Shown in pieces: positions 49,281 through 58,800 of a stretch of DNA of 64,000 bases. The notes under the pieces are model-generated. The model was given only the letters and a program-made list of their open reading frames with translations, made no database searches and was not told the origin of the DNA. A program made the position numbers and the translations under genes. The stretch's first letter is position 1; each line of letters opens with the position of its first letter. The DNA comes from Azolla caroliniana (lineage: Eukaryota; Plantae; Polypodiophyta): contig JBHGNT010000008.1 of the NCBI GenBank assembly GCA_043228905.1, forward strand, positions 21,080,001 to 21,144,000, given 5' to 3'.

Positions 49281-52200
49281 GTGCATATAGTGAGAAACCG
49301 GGAGATATTGGAGGGATCGGCGGGGTGCAACGTGTGCACCCATCCTTGTAAATTTGTATAGGGAATAGGGGCGCCTTTATGGTGCCAAACGACAATAATT
49401 ACGGGACAAAGAATTCCATGTATCGTGGGTTTACCTCACATTCCACACGACCCTCACCTTGTTCTATATAAGGGAGGGCGCGCCCTTTGTATAGGGGTTC
49501 CCAGTATTTCGCTTGGGTTCCAATTTTGCTCTTTCTCTCTCTTCAGGCTCTGTCCTTTGCTCTTTCTCTCTCTTGAGGCTCTGTCCTGATTTGTATGCTT
49601 TAGGGTTCACAGAATCTCTGCGGATTCCATTGTTGTTCCTATGTAACATAACACAACAGTTTCTGTTCTACTTCAGTTTCTTCTTCCTTTCGTCTTGTTC
49701 TCTTTTCTCTGTTTCTATTAGGGTTTCTGTGTGCCCTTTTTGAAGGTCTTCCATTCTGTTGAAGATGCGAGTTCGTGTGCGTCTGTGTGTGCGGGTGTTA
49801 AGGTGTCTTCGTTGTCGTTCGTTGTGAATTGCGCACTCGGTTGTCAAGTAGCAAGCTCCCTCTTCTCTAGCGTGCAAGACCCATAGGAGAGGGCGAGTTG
49901 AACACTCCTGGTAGGCGGTTCAGCAACAAGAGGTGGTCGTTCAAGAAAAGGGGCGTGCCTTGCATGAGGATCCCATCGCGCGTCTGAGCTCGGGTGCTCC
50001 CTGACCGGTTCCGGGTTGCAAGCTCCCTCTTTCCCTCTCTGTGTGGAACCGACGTCGTATGCGTGAGGCTGAGTTCTAACCGTTGCCGAAGAGCCGGTCA
50101 AAACCGAGTGTATATGTGTGTGTGCGTGCGCGCGAGCGCGGTCAACCGGGTCATGACCCGTGCCTGTTTTGGGCCCTTGTACATACGAACCAAGGGGCAG
50201 TGAAGATGAGAGCGCATCTTCTCACTCTGCGGATGGTTATCGGTCGCAGCCGAGAAGACATCGGTAGTGCGGGAAGATCCCAAGGACTCGAGGCTCCGAC
50301 AGCCTCCTCTCTCCTGGTCCATGACCCCGGTGGTCCCACCTGGATTCGACATGCAAGCGTGGAATCTCGTGACAACGCACGACCCGACCGGGCCGTACAA
50401 TGTTACCCTAAATCATTCAAGCCATTCATCCACACAATTTAGCCCAAGTCACCTTGAACATTTTATGCTTCACACATAGACATAAATGTAATAGGTTCTA
50501 GCTCTCCTTATATAATATGGGATCCAATGTTGTCCTATCTATGTGGGATATCTCACAATTTTGTTTTTCCCAATCTTCTCAAACTTCACACTCACATAAC
50601 TTGATACTTATTTATCCGTTTCATGTGTAGTAAAATGTGTTATGAAGCTCTTGAAGACGTCCATCTTTCGTACTAATCCATTTAAGCTTTCACAAAATAA
50701 TTATTTCACTACTTTTCATATCGTGTGTGAAAAACCACACAACATTCACCCCCACCAAACCTGCACATCCACCGGTATGTGCCAATATTGGTAAGGCTCC
50801 TCTTTTGATTACTCTACTTCATCGATGTTTCTTCTTTATACCCGAACTTCCATTGCCATCCGATCCACCATATTCTTCGCTCACTCTTTGCATTTCCGTG
50901 CTTTGTTGCCATGACTCCCTTTTCTCATGTAGAGCATAATACTTCATGCTTTGTGCATGTGCCACCTTCATCTCGACCATCTCCTTGGTCATTTAACTTT
51001 CTTTTATCATCCTTTCTTGTTCCATGGATGCCTTTCAAAGGCCTTATCGAAATACTATTGTTGAGTACTCTTAGTGGTCCATTCTTCAACTTCATGCTCA
51101 CCTTGAGGTCCGTAAGTGAACACATTTCATGCTTCTCACTTTTTCTACTTTCGTGGTATACTCTCGTGTTGGAGTTGACCATGACTTCCATGCTAGTGTC
51201 ATCCTTGTTAGATTTTATGATTACATCTTTTGGATCTATTTGACCCACTTGGCCCTCATCTTCCCTTATCGTGCTTCTCCTCGGCTCTTTGTTGCAAGTA
51301 TCAACTTTTGTTCCGGTGCTTTGCTTGAGCTCTTTCCCACATGCATCACCTTTTGTCATTCTATTTTGCTTTACTTCCTTGTTGCACGCACTAGCTTCAA
51401 CCCTTGCTTCCTCACCACCACCGTCCTTCTCTTGGGTCTTACATTGGTTAATGCCCAAGTCTCTCAAATGAGTGTGGAGGGATTTATACGATTTTGTAAT
51501 TTCCCATTGCCTTTGTCATGCTACCCTTAGCTACTTCCACCTTATGGTTGTTCGCATTGGCTTTGATCTTTTCTTTCTCATTGCCACCTTCCGTCTCTTG
51601 GGTCTTACATCGGTTAATGCCCAAGTCTCAAGAGCTTTTGTGGGGAAAGTCTCTTCATGATTGTCGTCTACCCTCTTCATCTTGATGTCTCCCTCTTCTT
51701 CGCATGTATTAGCTTCGGCCTTCACTTCCTCGCCTCCACCTTCCGTCTCTTTCATCTCACGTTTGCTTTCCGACGCAACTACCCAAGTCTCTGGAACAAC
51801 TGTGGACAAAGTCTCGACCCAGCCATCCACCATTGACTTGTCCATGTCATTTTTCGTGGCTATCTCTTCAATCATGTCGGCCTTACACTTTTTGTCTCCC
51901 TTGATCATGCAACCTTTGCTCATGCTTGCACCTTCATCACATGATGTTTTAGACACGATGCGTGTTCCAAAACATTTGTCCTTGAAGTGGCATTCGCCAC
52001 CCTCGATTCATTAGTTTCATTCTTCATCATTGTTTCTTTGCAAGACGAGAAGGCGTCTTGTTCCACACCTTCTCCCATGGTGTTGTCGTACCGAACTTGG
52101 GCCTTCGTATTGGCCGTATCATTACTCCACCTTTGTTGGGAGGTCTCTTCTTCCTTGATAACCATTTTAATCGGTTTTGGTTCCATTATAAGATTTTCTT

Positions 52201-55200
52201 TGGCCTCGAGTTGCACCTTTAAATTCTCATATGCCTCGTTTATGAAGGCCTCTATGTCGAGTACCATCAAACCTTCCCTCTTCAAGCTCTCTTTTTTAGG
52301 TGGTAGTTTGCAGTGGCTTCCTGTCCTCCTTTCACCATCCTTCATGGGTTATGTTGTTGTCGATAAGAATCTTGTCTTCCTCTTATCATGTAGTTGACAT
52401 ACTGTTTCCATTTTTGTCCAATCCTCAGTGAGGCCATTTGCACCATCATCATCCTCAAGTCGGATTCCAATGGCCTTCCTTTCCTTTCGATCGATTGACT
52501 TCACAAACATTAGAACTTTATCCACCCCCACCAATCTTTGATCTTGCTCCGAGAGTTGTGCAAAGTGACACTCGAACTCAACGAAAGCATGCATGGCACT
52601 TTGGTGGGTCTTTAATGATGATACCCATTGGTCGAACTCGTATAAGATGCATCTCTTCGACTCTTTGTATCTATATACCTCCATGAGATATCCTCCTGCC
52701 GCCTCGTTTCACGTCGGGTTCATCACTTAATTATGTCGTGAAAAATCCGTCAATATGTGTGGAACGTGAGGTAGAACCGCTGGGATTATGGACTGGAAGG
52801 AATTAAGGCTCACACGGTCAGCACAAGCAAGATTTACACATGAGACAAGTATGTAAAAGAAAATATTCATTTATTGCAAAAGAAAATAGATTCTTTATAA
52901 TTCAAGAATCACGTTACAATGGATTGGATATGAATATGAAAGATCATTCTTGAAAGAAAGGAGCCAACAACCATGTAAGCAGTGGTCTGATACGAATATG
53001 AGAGATTATTCTTCCCCCGAGGAATGGGAGAGAGAAGAAGAGAATGGGCCCCCCAAAAAAACTAGAGAAAAAAATTTGAACATATATGGAGTTCCTTGTT
53101 GATCATTGCCTCCCCATGTTCCTTTGCATGCGTCCCCTTTTAGTTGCATGGTCTCCTTTTCCAGTTGCTTCACCTTTACTTTCAGTTGCATGGCCTGCTT
53201 TTTTAGTTGCTTGACCTTTACTTTTAGTTGCATGCGACCGTTTATATAATTCCGCCACATGATCCATAAAGTTCAGCCTGTGCGTAATCCGTACGTGCGT
53301 CGCAACGTGACCGTAGACGCATCCGGGCGCGCAGCTCCCGACTACGCAATGTACACATCCGAGGATGTGCGCAAGTCTCAACCGCGCAGTGTACGCATCC
53401 GAGGACGCGCGCATCCCGACCGCGCGGTGTACGCATTCGCACACACGCACGTCCCGACCGTGCAGTGTACGCATCCACGTGCGCGTCTCAACCGGGCCGT
53501 ACGTTGTGACCCAAAAACATTTGAGTCATTCATCCACACAATTTAGCCCAAGTCACCTTGAACATTATGTGCTTCACACATAGACATAAAGTAATAGGTT
53601 CTAGCTCTCCTTATATAATATGGGATCCAATGTTGTCCTATCTATGTGGGATATCTCACAGTTTTGTTTTTCTCAATCTTCTCCAACTTCACACTCACAT
53701 AACTTAATACTTGTTTATCCGTTTCATGTGTAGTAAAATGCGTTATGAAGCTCTTGAAGACCTCCATCTTTCATACTAATCCATTTAAGCTAACCTAAAA
53801 TAATTTTTTCACTAGTTTTTAGATCGTGTGTGAAAAACCACACGACACCGGTTTTGGATGTAGACGGTCGTCCGGACCGCCTCAGCCCAGTAGAATTTGG
53901 GCATGCTCTTTTCCTCCAGCATTGCCCTTGCCGCATCAACAATCGACCGGTTCTTTCTTTAAGCCACACCGTTTTGTTCAGGTGTATATCGGCAGCTGAA
54001 TTCTATCTTAATTCCTTTTAGCTACAGATAATTCTTGAATTCGCCAGAAAAGTATTCTTTTTCGCCATCCGACCACATGCACTTTATCTTCATCTTCGTT
54101 GCCCTTTCGAATAAGCTTTGAAGGTTTCGGAAACTGTCGAAGACTTTGCTTTTCTTCTTGATAAGGTAGATCCACTTGTGGCGGCTGTAGTCATCGATGA
54201 AGGAGACGAAATACCCACTCCTGCCAATACTAATGTTCTGTTTCAGTCTCCATACATCTTAATAGATTAGATCGAGCTTGTTACGACTCTAGTTTCATTC
54301 GGTGGGGAATGGAATCCAGTCTTGCTTCCCAAGTTGCCAAGCTTCACATATTTGGGCCTTCTGGCTTCTAAACTTTGGTAATCCGAATACAACTTGTTTC
54401 AATTGCAGATCTTAAAGCCTCCGGTAGTTGAGGTGGTTGATCCGCGTCTGCTAGAGATCGATGTCTAATTCAATCTTCTATCCTTTGGCAAAACATGGCG
54501 GTGCTGACGTCATTTGCATTGAGGATGAACATCCTCCCTTCTCTACGCCCTTGCGCGATTATCCGACCTTCTTCCTCGATGAAGCACCCGAGGTGCGTAA
54601 ACCGCACCTACATTCACTGGTCGACGATTTGTCTAACCGACACTAGGTTCTTTGTGATTGTCGGGACATGCAAAACATTCATCAGCTTCCCCCTTTGTCC
54701 ATAATGGCTTAAAGGGACTTCTCTGATATGGGGTGTCGTCTCCGGTTTCGACAACTCCTAGTTGTTCCGGTTTCTGAAGAAATGAGAACCACTCTTCGTG
54801 GCTCTTCATGTGGTTTGACGCTCCGGAATCAACATACCGCACTTCCTCGGATCCGGAAGTGGTCTTCTTCATCGAGTTCGCCTTGTGCTTCATCATGAAT
54901 GCAGGCCCCTTTCTGGTTTTCTCGGTTCCGGATCCATCCGATCCTTCAGCGTAGTGCGAACTTTGCCGGTTCCCTTGTTCGGCCTAGTCGGATCCGGATT
55001 TATCCGAATCGGTACGCTTCTTCTAGCACTCGCTCTCTCTGTAACCTTTCTTGCCACAATACCAACATTCTGTGTCGGTTTCTGACTGCCAGTTTCTGGC
55101 TCCGAGTTGACTCCCCTCACTTGTGGAGGGTCCGAAACTATTGTCGACACTGTCTCTATGCCTTCGGTTCTGCTCTTGTCAGCCGCCTCCATTGCGTGCC

Positions 55201-55859
55201 GACCCACCTCGTCCTCCACGCCCACGGGGCTGATCCGCCTCCATGAACAACATCTAGATGTTCGATTGATGGTCCTCAACCCGCCATGTAGTTTTTTTCA
55301 ACCATCAACATTGAATATAAGTCGAAGAAGGACGGTGGCTTCTCTTGGGTGCAAATTGCCATCCGGATTGGCCCGTACCGTTGTGCAACACCACCAAGAC
55401 AAATCTTGACCATCTCGTCCTCTTCCACCATTACGTTGATGGATCTGAGTGCATCGTAGATCGCCTTAATCTTAGTGGTGTAGTCCATAACTGACATATC
55501 TCTTTGCCGAATGTTGTTCAGCTCTTGCCAGAGCTGCAACTTACGGGCTGTGGTACTTGCGGGGAAAATCGTCTTTAGATTTTCCCAAGCCTCCTTTGGC
55601 ATTTTTGTGACCTTGATGTAACCGAGCATCTGATCCTACACACCAGATGTGAAGCAGTACAATACTCAGCTCGCTCCTTGCTCCCATGCCGGGAAGTCTT
55701 TGTGTGCCGGCTCCCGTGCTACCTCGTTGGTTCCTTCCACATAGCTCCAATATCCATGCCCCAGTAGGTACTGATGCATTTTATATGACCAGGATGCATA
55801 GTTGCTCCGGTCGAGCTTTTCTGTGGGAAGCGAACTTGCCATACCTCTTTCCATCTCAG

Positions 55860-58800
55860 TGTTAGGATTTCGGTCCCTCCGGATGGGATGTCCGGAGATG
55901 AATGACGGCAAGCCCGGTTGCAGTTACGGAACCGGAGGATGAAGAGTGCCCGGTTACGGAGACGGATGATGAAGACCCCGGCTGCGGAGCCGGATGACGA
56001 AGACCCCGGCTGCGGAGCCGGATGACGAAGACCCCGGCTACGGAGCCGGATGATGAATGTACCCGGAGAGAGATCCGGATGCGGGGACATATTTGTGAAT
56101 ATGTTTGCCAAGGGCCCTTGAGGCCATATTTGTAAATAGCCCGAAAGTCATATGTGTATAAATATGACTTAGGGCAAACAGTTTTATGTCTCTACTCATT
56201 TTTCTGTTTTTCCACTCAAGAGGAGTGAAGAGAGAGCAGCCGTGAGAGAGATAGAGCGTGAGAGAGGAAGAGGTCGACGCCTCTGTGTATTTCCGCCGCA
56301 TGTGGCGAGGACAGCGAGCTCAAGGTCGTCGCCTTGCAGCTCGCCATTGTATATTTCTCTGTGCATAGTTTTGGTTTGGAGTCTTGTACTCCCGTGGTTT
56401 TTCCCGTACAGGGTTTTCCACGTTAAATCGTGTGTCCACTCTATTTTTCGCATTTCCCATTTTCTGCAACAACGATTCGTGTGTTTCCTTGGTTGTGGCC
56501 GAGAGGTGAAATAATCGCAGGAGACGTTTATTTCCATCAATCCGGTATCAGAGCGAACTGCTGCAGAAAATGGAAGGCGGCGGCAGCGGGCAGCCGGGGA
56601 TGATGGTGCTGAATGCGCAGAACTACGCCGACTGGAAGATCAAGATGGAGGATCTTCTGATTGTTCGGGACCTGTACGAACCGATTGACAGGTCGGAAAT
56701 ACCGAAGGGAGTACTTGAGTCGGAATGGAGGCTTCTGAACCGGAAAGCCGTTGCAACCATTCGGCAATACGTCGACGTGAGCGTTCTACAACATGTGGCG
56801 AACGACACCAACGCATATGAGATGTGGAAGAAGCTGTCGGGCCTCTACGAGAGGAAGAATGCGTTGAACCGGACCTCCCTAATGAGGAAGATAGTGAACC
56901 TCAAGTACCGGGACAGCGAGAGTATGGTGGAACACGTAAGCACGTTCATGGGATTCGTGAACCAGCTTGCGGCGATCAAGTTCCCGCTGGAGGATGCAAT
57001 GCAAGCCATCATTCTGATGTGTACATTGCCGGAAAGCTGGGAGAACTTGGTGGTGACTCTCAGCACCTCCTGCACCGAAGATAACTTGTCTCTACAAACG
57101 GTAAAGACAAGCATTTTGAACGAAGAAGCGCGTCGGAGAGATAAAGAACCGGTTTCCGATCCGAAGATGCTGCTTACCGAATCGGAACGGGGAAGACACT
57201 GGAACCGGAGTCCGCAAAGACGGGAGAAGTCTGGGACCCGGTCGCAGTCAAGAGGAAGGCCCACATGCTTCCACTGTGGGAAGCCGGGGCACTTCCGAAA
57301 GAATTGTCGGCATTACCGAAAAGACAACGGAGCCGACGACACCGATTCGAAGAAGTCACCGGAGAGAAACGGTGCATACCGGGGAGCCACGGACCGGAAT
57401 GGTTCGGATCGGCGAGGGCAGGACCGGAAAGGAACGACAGCACTCGCGGCAAGTGAAGAGGAGATCATGCTCATCACCGAAGAAGGTGAACTAAACGTTG
57501 CCGGCGATGAGACGACCTGGGTGGTCGATTCCGGAGCATCGTTCCACCTGACCCCGGAGAGAAGATACTTCTCATCCTACACAGCCGGTGAGCATGGCTG
57601 TGTTCGGATGGGAAATGAAGGTACGTGCCGGATTGCCGGCACAGGAGACGTGTGGTTGACAACCCCGACCGGATGCAAAATGCTGCTGAAGGATGTCCGA
57701 CACGTTCCGGAGGTTCGATTGAACCTGATTTCGGCCGGGAGGCTAGACGATGAAGGCTACACAGGTAGCATCCGGAACGGCGTAATGAAGTTCAGCAAGG
57801 GGAGCCTGATAGTGGCTCGGGCCCGGAAGGTCAACACACTGTACCTGATGAATGCCCGGTTATGTCCGGAAGAGCTGAATGTGGCAGCCGACACTGCCGG
57901 TGAGCTGTGGCACAAAAGACTGTGCCACATGAGTGAGAAGGGGATGAAGAGCCTTGCAGAAGACAACCTTATTCCAGTGAAGCATGTGCACCTGGAGAAG
58001 TGCACTGATTGCCTGGCCGGTAAGCAAAACCGAACCTCCTTCCACTCAAGGCCACCGACGAGACGTAGCGCACCATTGGAGTTGGTGCACACTGATGTGT
58101 GTCAGGTAGAAACGAAGTCACATGGCGGAGCCCAGTACTTCGTAACATTCATAGATGATCATAGCCGAAAACTGTGGACGGCACCGATGAAGACAAAGGA
58201 CCAAGTGTTGTCCGTCTTCAAAGAACTCCACACGAGAGTGGAAAGAGAATCCGGCAAGAAGCTGAAAGCAATACGAGCGGATAACGGAGGGGAATACCGG
58301 GGGCAGTTCGCGGAGTACTGTCGCTCGAAAGGAATCCGGCTCGAGTTTACTGTGCCGAAGACGCCGGAACTGAACGGGCTGGCCGAGAGGATGAACCGGA
58401 CCATAATGGAGAGGGTCCGGAGTATGCTGGCGCATGCGGAATTACCCAAGGGGTTTTGGGCTGAGGCGATGTCGACGGCGACATACGTGATAAACAGATC
58501 ACCCTCAGTACCTTTGGACGGAGACACGCCGCAGAGAGTGTGGACCGGTAGGGAAGTATCCTACCGGCATCTGAAGGTGTTCGGGTGTCTCGCATACGTG
58601 CATGTGGCAAAGGACCGGAGAGGAAAGCTAGATCCAAAGACCCGGCCATGCATATTCCTCGGTTACGGCGACGACGAGTTCGGCTACCGAGTATGGGACC
58701 CGGTCGACAAGAAGATATTCAGGAGTCGAGACATCATCTTCATGGAGGACAAGACACTCGCCGACTGGGAGTCGGAGAAGAAGATGAAGAGCTCCAAGTC

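Larger units (their letters stand above)
42365..50374 (+). mobile_element. Trp-primed Gypsy element B (chimeric), inserted in the LTR of A
   Basis: LTRs 42365-43070 and about 49281-50374; PBS 43075-43091; TSD acac/acgc. Confidence 0.85.
41697..53847 (-). mobile_element. Non-autonomous Trp-primed LTR element A (gag remnant only)
   Basis: 5' LTR 52734-53847; 3' LTR split into 41697-42364 and 50375-50744. PBS 52709-52725; PPT 50745-50756. The 2-kb internal region has a gag-like piece (52349-52684) and no pol. TSD cagg/ccgg. The LTRs contain 21-bp tandem repeats. Confidence 0.88.
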
